A DNA stretch of 64,000 bases from Flavobacteriales bacterium (GTDB taxonomy: Bacteria; Bacteroidota; Bacteroidia; Flavobacteriales_F; PHOS-HE28), in contig JBGAJW010000001.1 of NCBI GenBank assembly GCA_044224725.1, forward strand, positions 77,012 to 141,011, read 5' to 3'. This document shows, piece after piece, positions 19,198 to 28,740 of this stretch. Positions within the stretch are counted from its first letter, which is position 1; the number at the start of each line of letters is the position of its first letter. The notes under the pieces are model-generated. The model was not told the origin of the DNA. It made no database searches and saw only the letters and a program-made list of their open reading frames with translations. The translations under genes were made by a program, and so were the position numbers.

Positions 19198-19583
19198 TTC
19201 CGCAAGGGCTGAAGCATGCTCACCCGGTTGCCTTCGCTGTCCGTGAAGGCCACCCAGAGGCCGATGCCGGGGATCTCCTGCGGCTCGCCGATGATCTTGC
19301 CGCCCGCATCGCTCACCTTCTTCATCTGCGCGGTCAGGTCCTCCACGGCGATCACCACCGAGGGGATGCTCGGCTGATCCGCTGACCTGGCGAAGAAGCC
19401 GCCGTTGATGGTGCCCGGTGTCTTCACCATGTTGTCCGCGTCGGTCTCCGAGGTATGTGCCATAACATAGTGCCCCATTTCAGGGCCGGTCTCCAACATC
19501 TTCCAACCGAAGGCGGAAGTGTAGAAGTCGATCAGTCGTTTGCGGTCCTCGACCGGCATTTCGAAGTGTACGACGGGGTTCAT
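19194..19583 (-). CDS. VOC family protein (glyoxalase / bleomycin-resistance / dioxygenase fold).
   Basis: About 130 aa with the VHFEMPV...FGWK...GGKIIGEP pattern typical of the VOC family. Confidence 0.8.
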   Translation of the reverse strand: MNPVVHFEMPVEDRKRLIDFYTSAFGWKMLETGPEMGHYVMAHTSETDADNMVKTPGTINGGFFARSADQPSIPSVVIAVEDLTAQMKKVSDAGGKIIGEPQEIPGIGLWVAFTDSEGNRVSMLQPLRK

Positions 19584-19807
19584 GTTCGTGCTGTTCGTGT
19601 GCCGTGAAGGTAAAGCGGCGAAAGGCAGCCCGATCACCAGCCCCCCTCTTCAACTCGCTTTCCATCGCCCACGCGGGATCGCACGTGCTGAGGCAGCATC
19701 GCGACGGCGTTGTTCGTGACAGCTGCGGGATCGCTGGCGTTGCGAGCCTGTTGTTGGATCAGTGAGCGATGGACACATGATGTCCCCCATCACGATACCT
19801 TCACACC

Positions 19808-19993
19808 GTGCTCAATCCTGCCCGTCTGCGCATCCTGATCATCGTACTGATCATACTGATCATGACGAGTTGCACCGCGTCCGCGATCTTCGGTCTGAAG
19901 GCCGGCCATACGGCACGGGCGGCATCCACCTTCTTCGCGGGGCTGGCCTTCTCGATCCTCTTCTTGTCTCGGCTGCCGAAGAAGGCCGGGTGA
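19808..19993 (+). CDS. Small hydrophobic membrane peptide (61 aa). Hypothetical.
   Basis: Two predicted TM helices. It sits in an otherwise empty 490-bp intergenic region. The coding CTGATCAT repeats give LIIVLIILI. Weak call. Confidence 0.25.
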   Translation: MLNPARLRILIIVLIILIMTSCTASAIFGLKAGHTARAASTFFAGLAFSILFLSRLPKKAG

Positions 19994-20134
19994 GCCCTTC
20001 CCTGACCGCTTGGCGGTGATGACTTGGCAGACGCAGGGTTCGCACTGCATCGTCAACCCACCCGAGCTTCCGGTCTGACAGGGATCATAGGTGACCGAAG
20101 ACGCGTGCCCCACTTTGTGGCGAATGCGTTCGCG

Positions 20135-20746
20135 ATGAAAAAGCTCGACCTGAAGAAGGACCATGCCGCGCTGTACAAAGCCACGGCCAAACCGGTGAGC
20201 CTGAAGGTGCCCAAGCTGCGCTATCTGATGATCGATGGCGCTGGTGATCCGAACACGAGCAAGGACTTCGCGTACGCGACCACTGCGCTCTACGGTTTGT
20301 CCTACACCTTGAAGTTCATGATCAAGAACGGCCCGGAGGCCATCGACTATGGGGTGATGCCCTTGGAAGCGGTGTGGTGGGCCGATGACACAAGCGACTT
20401 CACGGAGGCGAACAAAACGAAATGGAAATGGACGGCCATGATCATGCAACCCTCCTTCATCGATCGCACATCGCTGAAAGCGGCGATCGCGGAACTGGTG
20501 AGCAAGAAGAAGGAACTGCCGTCCGTGGCGAAGGTGCGGATGGAGGTCATGACCGAAGGTGCCTGCGCGCAGATCCTGCACATCGGGTCCTATGCGAGTG
20601 AAGGTCCGACCATCGCGAATCTGCACGCCTTCATCCAAGAGCAGGGAAAGACGCTGCGCGGCAAGCACCGCGAGCTCTACTTGAGCGATGCGCGGTGCAC
20701 GGCCCCTGACAAGCTGCGCACCATCATTCGCCAGCCGATGGGTTGA
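20135..20746 (+). CDS. GyrI-like small-molecule-binding domain protein.
   Basis: Two-lobed GyrI-like pattern (YLMIDG...DFAYATTALY ... HRELYLSD). Start moved to MKKLDLKK. Confidence 0.75.
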   Translation: MKKLDLKKDHAALYKATAKPVSLKVPKLRYLMIDGAGDPNTSKDFAYATTALYGLSYTLKFMIKNGPEAIDYGVMPLEAVWWADDTSDFTEANKTKWKWTAMIMQPSFIDRTSLKAAIAELVSKKKELPSVAKVRMEVMTEGACAQILHIGSYASEGPTIANLHAFIQEQGKTLRGKHRELYLSDARCTAPDKLRTIIRQPMG

Positions 20747-20804
20747 GGATCGATCCGCCGGGGATCAGGGCAACTGCTCCACCTGTCTCCGGCAGGCAAG
20801 CCCG

Positions 20805-23800
20805 CTAGGGAAGCTGCTCTATTCGTGCGCCGTTCGGTGTGGTACTGCCAACGTTCACCAGGATGGGATCGCGGTCATTGCCGCTGCCCGCGTATTTCAC
20901 TTGGCCATTCATGTTCACATCCCGCGTGGAGTAGGCGGTAACGCTGTTGTTCGGTGTGGTGCTGCCCACAGTGGTCAGGATCGGATCACGGTCATTCCCG
21001 CTGCCGGTGTACTTCACTTCCTTGTTGAAAGAGACATCGCCGGCCCAGAGCGCCTGCACGGGAAAAGACCCGGTGATGGACTTCCGTGCGGCAACGCCGA
21101 AGGTGGCCGTCGTTGCGGAAGTGAAGTCCACCACGGTCGGTATCGTATTGAGTGCGACGTTGCCGTCGGTCATCGCCCCCAAGTGGTTCCGGTGCCGCAC
21201 CGCAACGTAGAACATGCCAGCGGACAGGGGGAACCTCACGGCAGAGCTTCCATCGGCGTTCACCACGTCCCCATCGCGCTGGAGCAGCGCGCTGCGTGTG
21301 GCCAGCACCGTTGCCGGATCGAAGAGGCTACGCAGTTCGACGACCACCCAATCCACGATGGCATCGCTTCCGGTGACAGCGAGCACCGCCGCAGTAGTGG
21401 TCTCTCCACCGCCGTCGCCTGCGTGCGCGTATCCCATGGCGGAATACGGTTCGAGAAAAGGCAGCAGACCACCGGCGCGCAGGGCGTCGGCCATCAGACC
21501 TGTGCCGCTGTTGTAAGGTCCATCCAGCACCACGCGCGGCGCTACCGCAACGAAGGGAGTCGTTACGGATATATCCACCTGGCCCATCACCGACCACGGG
21601 CCTCCGGCCCCGCTGTTGCCCTGATCATCGATGGTGATGGTGAAGTTGGTCGGGCCACCGAAGTCCGTGGCGGGCAAGAATGTCACCGTGTCAATGGCGG
21701 AATTGATATCGGCCAGCGTGCCGATGAAGGTCATGATCGCGTCCACACTGCCATCACCCACTGTGAAGACAAGGCCGTTCATGCCCGAGATCGTAAGCGT
21801 TCCGTAGGGCGCCGCCAAGGTGACCATCAACTCACCGGCCCCGGCGTCGACATCGATGATGGAAAGCGCGTTGCCGTTCGCCTGTGAAAGGATCAAGGGT
21901 GTGTTCATCGGCATGATCTGCTGCACCGGCCCCAGGTTTATCGGCGGATCGTTCACCGCGGCAACGGTGATGGTCACCACGTCCTCATCGCTCAAGGGCC
22001 CGCCACCGCCGGTGTGACCGAGGTCATTGGTAGTGATGGTCAGCGAAGTCGGGCCGGTGAAGTCCTGCGCCGGTATGAAGAGCAGACCATCCAAGCCCGC
22101 ATTGAGATACGCGATCGGACCGGTAAAGGTCATCGCAGCACTGCCATCGCCCCCCCCGGTGAAGGTGATCCCATTGGTGCTGCCCATGAGCAGGATACCC
22201 GTACCGCTCGTTACCGAAAGCGAGACCTCCACATCGGCCGGGCCCGCGTCCTGGTCACTGACGGTGAACATGGTACCGTCAATGCTGGAGAACATGATGG
22301 GCGTGTCCTCCTCCGTGATGGCCGGACCGGGTACCGAGTTCACCGGGGCCACATTGGCGATGAAGCCCATGGACGCCACGTCCTTGGCGGCGGAGAAGGC
22401 TGTACTGCCGCCGTTCACCGAAGCGTTCGCCGTGCTTCCGTTCGTGCCGGCTGTCATGTCCCACGCGCGGAACGTGAGGGCCGAGGGCAACGCGTTGCTG
22501 AAGCCCGGCGACGGCTGGAAATACACGCGAGTGCCCGCGTCCGCGGCCAGCAGGCGACTGAGCGTATTGCTGGGGATCCCCATCGGGTTCCAGCTCGTGC
22601 CGTTGTTCAGGGAGTAATACCAACTGCCGTTCGCGACGTAGGCCGCGGTGATCGCGATGCCATAGCTGCTCGCGCCGACGTCATGCAGATTGTCCAAGCC
22701 GCCGACCGTGCTGGCCGGATCGATGAGCGCGGAGACGAGTGTGCCCACCGGCCCTATGGGTGGAGGCGCGTTCGCGGCCACGTTGTTCAGCACCGGGCTG
22801 CGGCTATTGTCCAGCATGGGCGCGCTGTTGCGCAGCAGCCAGGCCACGGTGGCCGCCGCGCCGGCGTCCGCGGCGAAGGTACTGGCGGCCAGTGCGGTGT
22901 AGGGTCCGACTGTGCCGCCAGCGGTGCGGAACAAGTGGTTCACTTCCAAGGATACGCCGGCGATGTTGCTGCCGCTTGAAGCGCGATCCACGTCCTCGAT
23001 CGATCCCGCCGGTGGCGTCCATGTGACGGAATTCGCGAACTCGTGCAAACTCATGATCAATGCGGGGAATGCCGAGGGCAGGATCGCCGGCGCCGTGTGC
23101 GACAAGCTCGCTGGTGTGGCCTGCGACAAGGCGACCTGCACCGGACCGGGAGCAATGGAGTTGATGCCGGGCAACGCCATGGACGTGGCCACATAGGCCG
23201 TGCTGCCTCCCAGTGTCACGGTATAGGTTGGCTCAGAGGCGGTAACCACACGCCAGCCAGCCCACAGCCGACTGGTGGTGGTGCTGCTCTGCAACTGGTC
23301 CACCAGGGTGGTGAAATGCGAAGTGGTGATGGTCTGTGCCGTGCTGGTGGCGATGACCAGGAGCATCACGTCCCCGACCTGCTTCAAGGAAAGCGGCGGC
23401 ACCAGCAGGGTTGCACTGGCGGGAGAATTGGTACTGACCACCTGACGTACACCGAAGGCGTAGCACGTGGCGATATCCGTGGAGATCGAGAAGGCGGTCG
23501 TTCCCCCATTGGTCGTTGTGCTCACAATACTTCCGTTCGTGCCACTGGAGCGGTCCCACGCGCGGAACTCGATCGTGAGATCACCCGGTCCCGTGGTGGC
23601 ATTGAAGTACAGACGGGTGTTCGCATCCGCCGCCAATAGCAGGGACGAGGCACTGCTGACCGCCGGCACCACGGACCATGTCGCACAGTTGTTCGTAGTG
23701 AAATACCAGGTGCCACCGGTGCTGACGGCCGTAAGGGCGATACCGAGCTGGGCCCAGGCCGTCTCGTTTTCGGCCGCATCGGTGTCGAGCACATTGTCGA

Positions 23801-24053
23801 CGCCGTCCGCCGGATTGGCCGCATCCACGAGCAAGGCGATGGGTGTGCCGACCAAGCTGCCGTTCGCCGGTGGACCGAGCCCGGCGTACGTATCCAAGAG
23901 CACCGGGCTCTTGCTCACGTCGAGGATCGGGGCCTCGTTCTGGCCCAATGTGGGCAAAGGAAGCGCTGCGGCCCTTGTCCCCACGTTCGCGCACGTAAGA
24001 CACAGGCCACAGAGGGCCAGAACACGGAGAGCGATCGTGAAGGAGCGGCGCAT
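20805..24053 (-). CDS. Giant secreted adhesin-like protein with repeated cadherin-like / VCBS-type (VNDPP/NSVP) domains. It carries the same C-terminal roughly 250-aa dockerin-like module as 13374-17417.
   Basis: Signal peptide (MRRSFTIALRVLALCGLCLT). Repeated roughly 100-aa units beginning VNDPPINLGP / VNSVPGPAITEED. C-terminus ...VKYTGSGNDRDPILTTVGS...VNMNGQVKYAGSGNDRDPILVNVGSTTPNGARIEQLP. Confidence 0.8.
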   Translation of the reverse strand: MRRSFTIALRVLALCGLCLTCANVGTRAAALPLPTLGQNEAPILDVSKSPVLLDTYAGLGPPANGSLVGTPIALLVDAANPADGVDNVLDTDAAENETAWAQLGIALTAVSTGGTWYFTTNNCATWSVVPAVSSASSLLLAADANTRLYFNATTGPGDLTIEFRAWDRSSGTNGSIVSTTTNGGTTAFSISTDIATCYAFGVRQVVSTNSPASATLLVPPLSLKQVGDVMLLVIATSTAQTITTSHFTTLVDQLQSSTTTSRLWAGWRVVTASEPTYTVTLGGSTAYVATSMALPGINSIAPGPVQVALSQATPASLSHTAPAILPSAFPALIMSLHEFANSVTWTPPAGSIEDVDRASSGSNIAGVSLEVNHLFRTAGGTVGPYTALAASTFAADAGAAATVAWLLRNSAPMLDNSRSPVLNNVAANAPPPIGPVGTLVSALIDPASTVGGLDNLHDVGASSYGIAITAAYVANGSWYYSLNNGTSWNPMGIPSNTLSRLLAADAGTRVYFQPSPGFSNALPSALTFRAWDMTAGTNGSTANASVNGGSTAFSAAKDVASMGFIANVAPVNSVPGPAITEEDTPIMFSSIDGTMFTVSDQDAGPADVEVSLSVTSGTGILLMGSTNGITFTGGGDGSAAMTFTGPIAYLNAGLDGLLFIPAQDFTGPTSLTITTNDLGHTGGGGPLSDEDVVTITVAAVNDPPINLGPVQQIMPMNTPLILSQANGNALSIIDVDAGAGELMVTLAAPYGTLTISGMNGLVFTVGDGSVDAIMTFIGTLADINSAIDTVTFLPATDFGGPTNFTITIDDQGNSGAGGPWSVMGQVDISVTTPFVAVAPRVVLDGPYNSGTGLMADALRAGGLLPFLEPYSAMGYAHAGDGGGETTTAAVLAVTGSDAIVDWVVVELRSLFDPATVLATRSALLQRDGDVVNADGSSAVRFPLSAGMFYVAVRHRNHLGAMTDGNVALNTIPTVVDFTSATTATFGVAARKSITGSFPVQALWAGDVSFNKEVKYTGSGNDRDPILTTVGSTTPNNSVTAYSTRDVNMNGQVKYAGSGNDRDPILVNVGSTTPNGARIEQLP

Positions 24054-24159
24054 CGGAGCGGAGGAAGGCGCGGGCTGGAATTTAGGGACCTTCAATGATC
24101 CCGCGTCAATCCCTTCATGACGATCTTCACCCTTGGGCCATGGCCGACCGGCCGCAGCA

Positions 24160-24732
24160 TCACCGGGCCAGCCGTCCGTAGACCAAGGAATCGTGGAAGA
24201 CGCCTTCCCAGAAGATGTTCTCCCGAAAATGCCCTTCGCGCAGGAATCCATTCTTCTCCAAGGCACGGATCGAGCCCATGTTCTCCGGCCGCGTGAAGGC
24301 CTCCACCTTGTGGAAGCCGAGCGTGTTGAAGCCGAAGTCGACGACGGCTCCGATCGCTTCACTCATCAGGCCTTGGCCCCAATGCGCGCGTTGCAGGGAA
24401 TAGCCCAGTTCGGCGAGGTAGTGCTCCTTCTGCATCCGCCAGAAACCGATGATACCGATGAGGGAATCCGTTCTCCCGAGGGATCGGGACGACGACGACT
24501 TCAAGGTCATCGCCCATTGTACGGCATCCGTGGCGGCTACGGTGGTGGTGATCAGTTCGATCAAGGCTGAGGCCTCCTCTACGCTTCGTGCCAACGGACG
24601 GGACACATGTCGCATCACCAGCGGGTCTGAACGGAAGGCGAACACCTGCTCGGCATCCGAAGGCCGGAGTTCCCGCAATACCAGTCTTTCAGTCGCAAGG
24701 ACCGGGAAGGTGGGCAGGTGTATGCTGAGCAT
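24160..24732 (-). CDS. GNAT family N-acetyltransferase (RimJ/RimL-like).
   Basis: GNAT motifs (IGIIGFWRMQ...AELGYSLQRAHWGQGLMSEA). Confidence 0.85.
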   Translation of the reverse strand: MLSIHLPTFPVLATERLVLRELRPSDAEQVFAFRSDPLVMRHVSRPLARSVEEASALIELITTTVAATDAVQWAMTLKSSSSRSLGRTDSLIGIIGFWRMQKEHYLAELGYSLQRAHWGQGLMSEAIGAVVDFGFNTLGFHKVEAFTRPENMGSIRALEKNGFLREGHFRENIFWEGVFHDSLVYGRLAR

Positions 24733-24816
24733 GGGTCAGGCCCCTCAAGGTTGGCCACTTCCGCAAACCCGGTGTGCGCCTGCGGTTCCGGTGCGGAACA
24801 TGTGTCCGGATGCGGC

Positions 24817-25155
24817 TCACGCCTTCTTCACGAACTCGCTCTTCAACGCCATGGCCCCGAAGCCCTCGATCCTGCAATCGATGTTGTGGTCACCGTCCAC
24901 CAACTTGATGCCCCGCACCTTGGTACCGGCCTTCAGCGCTTTGGGCGCCCCCTTCACCGCGAGGTCCTTCACCATCACCACGTCATCGCCGTCCTTCAGC
25001 ACATTGCCGTTGGCGTCCTTCACCACCTTGGGTGCGTTCTCCGCATCCACTTCATCCTGGTTCCACTCGTGGCCACACTCGGGGCACATCCATGAAGTGC
25101 CGGTGGGGTATGCGAAGGTGGACTTGCAGTTCGGGCAGGCGGGTTGGTCGCTCAT
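24817..25155 (-). CDS. phnA: PhnA/YjdC-family zinc-ribbon protein.
   Basis: N-terminal CPNC...CPEC zinc ribbon followed by the conserved PhnA C-terminal domain (KDANGNVLKDGDDVVMVKDL...KLVDGDHNIDCRIEGFG). Confidence 0.8.
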   Translation of the reverse strand: MSDQPACPNCKSTFAYPTGTSWMCPECGHEWNQDEVDAENAPKVVKDANGNVLKDGDDVVMVKDLAVKGAPKALKAGTKVRGIKLVDGDHNIDCRIEGFGAMALKSEFVKKA

Positions 25156-25446
25156 GGGTCGTTGATATGAGCCAGCGTAAGCAGGCGGGCGCGAAGCTAT
25201 CCGATCGTCTGTGGATGCATGACCTCTCCTCGACCAGTGCAATAACACATCGCAAGTGGCGTGGGCCCCGGTGACCCGATGGCCTCACGGAACAACAGCC
25301 GCTTTCCCTCGGTTCCTCGATGGTAGAACTGGTGCCCCACAGGCCCTGGTCAGGCGTACGGACAGCCCGCATGACAGCGTACAAATAGACCGGCCGATCG
25401 CGAACTTCGCTCCCTCGCCTTCGCCCAAAACGCGTCGGCCAGCACG

Positions 25447-25956
25447 ATGGACCGCCCCTACCTCATCGATCAGCTCGCACGGCACCGCGTTGTGTTCGGT
25501 GCGATGTTCACCGGACTCACGCCTGAAGAGATCCGCTGGAAAGCCTCGCCCGAAAAGTGGTGCGCCCTGGAGATCATCTGTCACTTGTACGACGAGGAAC
25601 GGGAAGACTTCCGCGCACGGCTCTCTTACACCTTGGCCACACCGGAACAATCGTGGCCGAAGATCGATCCGCAGGCATGGATCACCGAGCGTAAGTACAT
25701 GGAACAGGACTTCGCCACGGTGCTGGGGAACTTCATCCAAGAGCGCGACAAGTCGGTCGAATGGCTACGTGGCCTTTCCGATGCGCCGTGGGCGAATGCC
25801 TACCTGCATCCGAAGGTCGGGCCGGTGAGTTGCGAGTTGCTGCTGACGAATTGGGTCGCGCATGACCTGCACCACATCCGACAGCTGAACAACCTGCGGT
25901 ATGGATACCTGAAGTCCATCAGCACAGTGCCGTTGGACTACGCGGGCACGTGGTGA
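25447..25956 (+). CDS. DinB/YfiT-family (DinB_2) metal-dependent protein.
   Basis: Four-helix-bundle DinB pattern with conserved His residues (HLYDEE...HDLHHIRQL). Confidence 0.75.
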   Translation: MDRPYLIDQLARHRVVFGAMFTGLTPEEIRWKASPEKWCALEIICHLYDEEREDFRARLSYTLATPEQSWPKIDPQAWITERKYMEQDFATVLGNFIQERDKSVEWLRGLSDAPWANAYLHPKVGPVSCELLLTNWVAHDLHHIRQLNNLRYGYLKSISTVPLDYAGTW

Positions 25957-26014
25957 ACCTCGCACGCGGCCATCCGGCACCGGCAGCTATCTTGGCGATA
26001 CGAACACGATCCGC

Positions 26015-26311
26015 ATGAACCCGATCCTCCGCAACATCCTCGCCGTCATCGCCGGTATCCTCATCGGTGGAGCGGTGAACATGGGCCTCATCTTGCTGGG
26101 CTCTTCCATGCTGCCACCGCCGGCAGGTGTGGACGTGAATGATGTGGCGAGCATCAATGCTCACATCGGCGAATATTCCATCGCGCAATTGCTCGCACCC
26201 TTCCTCGCGCATGCCTTGGGCACATTGGCGGGTGCCTTCTTGGTCGCCAAGCTGGCCGCTTCGCGCAAAATGGCCTTGGCACTGGTGATCGGGGGCGTGA
26301 ACCTGCTGTGA
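26015..26311 (+). CDS. Small multi-pass membrane protein, terminated by an in-frame TGA. The same frame continues to 26434.
   Basis: Hydrophobic helices on both sides of the TGA at 26309-26311. The downstream 41 codons in the same frame (GIMAVRMIPAAPLWFDVLDLGFAYVPMAWLGGRMG...) look like a natural continuation. Confidence 0.5.
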   Translation: MNPILRNILAVIAGILIGGAVNMGLILLGSSMLPPPAGVDVNDVASINAHIGEYSIAQLLAPFLAHALGTLAGAFLVAKLAASRKMALALVIGGVNLL

Positions 26312-26525
26312 GGCATCATGGCCGTGCGGATGATCCCTGCCGCGCCACTCTGGTTCGACGTCCTCGACCTGGGCTTCGCCTACGTGCCGATGGCATGGCT
26401 GGGCGGCCGCATGGGCGACGGGGCGGCCCGTTAGAGCCACGCGTTCACGCCAGCCACCTTATCACTGTGGTGATCACCCGCGTCGCAACGGCCGCGACAA
26501 TGTTCCGACCGATCATCTTCGCTCC

Positions 26526-27335
26526 ATGGAAGCGCGCGCACTCGGTGACACCGGGCTCTTGGTGCCGGTGATCGGCATGGGCACATGGAGCACCTTCAAC
26601 GTGAGTGGTGCGGCCGCCGAGGCGAACGTGCAGGCCGTCGTGAACAGCGCACTGCATTCGGGCACGCGCTTCTTCGACAGTTCACCGATGTACGGCAAGG
26701 CCGAGCGCCTGCTGGGCCAATGCTTGAAAGCCCAACGCACGGAGGCCTTGGTCGCCACCAAGGTCTGGGCAGGCAGTGACGCGGAAGGACGACAGCAGAT
26801 CGACAACGCTTTGCGCTGGTATGGCGGGCATGTGGACCTCTACCAGGTCCACAACCTGGTGCATTGGCGCAGCCACTTGGACACGCTCTCGGCATTGAAA
26901 GAGCAAGGTCGCATCACCGCGATCGGCGCAACGCACTACCAACCTTCGGCCTTCGCGGAGTTGATGACCGTGATGCGCACCGGACGGATCACCGTCATCC
27001 AGATCCCTTACAACCCGCTGGAGCGCGAGGTGGAGCGCGAAGTATTGCCACTCGCTGCGGAATTTGGCCTGGGCGTGGTTGTGATGCGGCCCTTCGGAGA
27101 GGGGGCCTTGGTGCGCAAGTCACCATCCGCTGCGGAACTGGAACCGCTCGAAGCGTTCGGTATCCGCACCTGGCCACAGGCCTTGTTGAAGTGGATACTC
27201 AGCGACCCGCGATGCCATGTGGCGATCCCAGCGACCAGCTGGCCGGAACGTGCAGCGGACAACGCCGCTGCGGGACGTGCGCCGTGGTTCGGAATACAGG
27301 AGCGCACTTACGTGGCCAAGCTGGCGACCAAGTGA
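26526..27335 (+). CDS. Aldo/keto reductase family oxidoreductase.
   Basis: AKR (alpha/beta)8 signatures (GMGTWS, FDSSPMYG, IGATHY, IQIPYNPLER). Confidence 0.9.
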   Translation: MEARALGDTGLLVPVIGMGTWSTFNVSGAAAEANVQAVVNSALHSGTRFFDSSPMYGKAERLLGQCLKAQRTEALVATKVWAGSDAEGRQQIDNALRWYGGHVDLYQVHNLVHWRSHLDTLSALKEQGRITAIGATHYQPSAFAELMTVMRTGRITVIQIPYNPLEREVEREVLPLAAEFGLGVVVMRPFGEGALVRKSPSAAELEPLEAFGIRTWPQALLKWILSDPRCHVAIPATSWPERAADNAAAGRAPWFGIQERTYVAKLATK

Positions 27336-27340
27336 TGCAC

Positions 27341-28669
27341 TCAGAGCCGCACCATGGTCCGGTTGGACATCATTCCGTCACCGCGTAACCGGACCACATA
27401 CGTTCCTGCAGGGAGATCATTCACAGGGACTTCGATACGCAACACCCCAAGAAGCTTCAAGGACCTCACTACGCGACCGGTCGCGTCGATGATCTCGACC
27501 GCAAAGGGACCGCTTTCATCCAAGGTGAGCGTGATCATATCCGTTGCCGGATTGGGCTGAATACCGAAGGACGCCCCCTCCTCTGCCGGAATGTCCATCA
27601 CGATGCCGTTCGTGCGCAGCGGCCGGATGTGCGTGGAGGCATAGCCGTGCGCATCATCGAAGAAATAGAGGTCGTAGATCCGGCGCGAATGATTGAACCC
27701 GCTCGTGCTGAATTGCTCATGCCAAGTTTCGCCATCATCATCGCTGATGAGGATGAGACCTTCTGTCCCATCCTGCCGGTAAGCGCTGGCGAAGCCCATC
27801 CCGTCGGGCCGGAAAGTGACGCTGGTGAGCACGTAGCTCCCTGAAATGCTCACCGATGCCGGTATCCATGTATCGCCCCCATCCATGGTGCGCAACATGG
27901 CCCCATCACTGCGCGAAGCGACACCGATGCTCTCGTTCAAGAAGGCCACGTCCGAGAAACCGGTGAGGTTGCTCGTGTGTACCAGTTGCCAATCCGCGCC
28001 ACCGTTGATCGTCCGATAGATCGCACCGCTATCGGCCAGTTGCACGCCGTTGTTCACAAGCCTCTTATACCCCCCGCACGCCGCGAAGCCTAATTGATCG
28101 TTCACGAAGTGCAGGCGTGAAACGGGTTGGCCGGGAAGCACCGCGATGTTCGTCCAAGTCGCGCCTGTATCGGTGCTCATATCGATGATGCCATCACCGG
28201 CGTTGTTCCCACCGGCAGCGAACGCCACAAGATCGTCGCGCATGCGGATAGCACGGTAGTAGCGCCCGATGCCGGTGCGCACACTGTCGAAACCCATCGG
28301 GTAGTCCGGGAACAAATAGGGACGCACCACCACGCTCCGGTCGTACAGCTCGTGGCCAGCAGCCATGTACAACGGCCTTCCGTTGGTGACCTTCACATCG
28401 ATGTCTTCCATGTTCGTGGAAGGCTCGTACCAGAGGTAATACCCACCGCTCAAATCCCCATTATCGGTGAGGATGAGGCCACCTTCGGTCGCGACAGAAT
28501 TCGGTCCGGGATTGTTGGCACCGTAGACGAAAAGGCCCGAATCCGGGTCCTGGAACGCGCAGGCCTGGAAGTGGATCGCGGTGGAGAACACACCACCGCC
28601 CACCCATTGGGCGTGCAGCGGGGTGAAGGGAAGGAAGAGCACGATGGGAAATGTCAAGGTCCGGTTCAT
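27341..28669 (-). CDS. Secreted BNR/Asp-box (Ycf48-/sortilin-like propeller) protein with a type-A T9SS C-terminal sorting domain.
   Basis: Signal peptide. Motifs DGGDTW, DTGATWT, NGGADWQ. C-terminal IQPNPATDMITL...GTYVVRL T9SS CTD. Confidence 0.8.
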   Translation of the reverse strand: MNRTLTFPIVLFLPFTPLHAQWVGGGVFSTAIHFQACAFQDPDSGLFVYGANNPGPNSVATEGGLILTDNGDLSGGYYLWYEPSTNMEDIDVKVTNGRPLYMAAGHELYDRSVVVRPYLFPDYPMGFDSVRTGIGRYYRAIRMRDDLVAFAAGGNNAGDGIIDMSTDTGATWTNIAVLPGQPVSRLHFVNDQLGFAACGGYKRLVNNGVQLADSGAIYRTINGGADWQLVHTSNLTGFSDVAFLNESIGVASRSDGAMLRTMDGGDTWIPASVSISGSYVLTSVTFRPDGMGFASAYRQDGTEGLILISDDDGETWHEQFSTSGFNHSRRIYDLYFFDDAHGYASTHIRPLRTNGIVMDIPAEEGASFGIQPNPATDMITLTLDESGPFAVEIIDATGRVVRSLKLLGVLRIEVPVNDLPAGTYVVRLRGDGMMSNRTMVRL

Positions 28670-28740
28670 GGTGCGAAGTTGGTGAGTGCGGTACAAGCAG
28701 ACGGGCATCGGGTTCAAAGGGCTGCCCCATCTTCGCGTCG

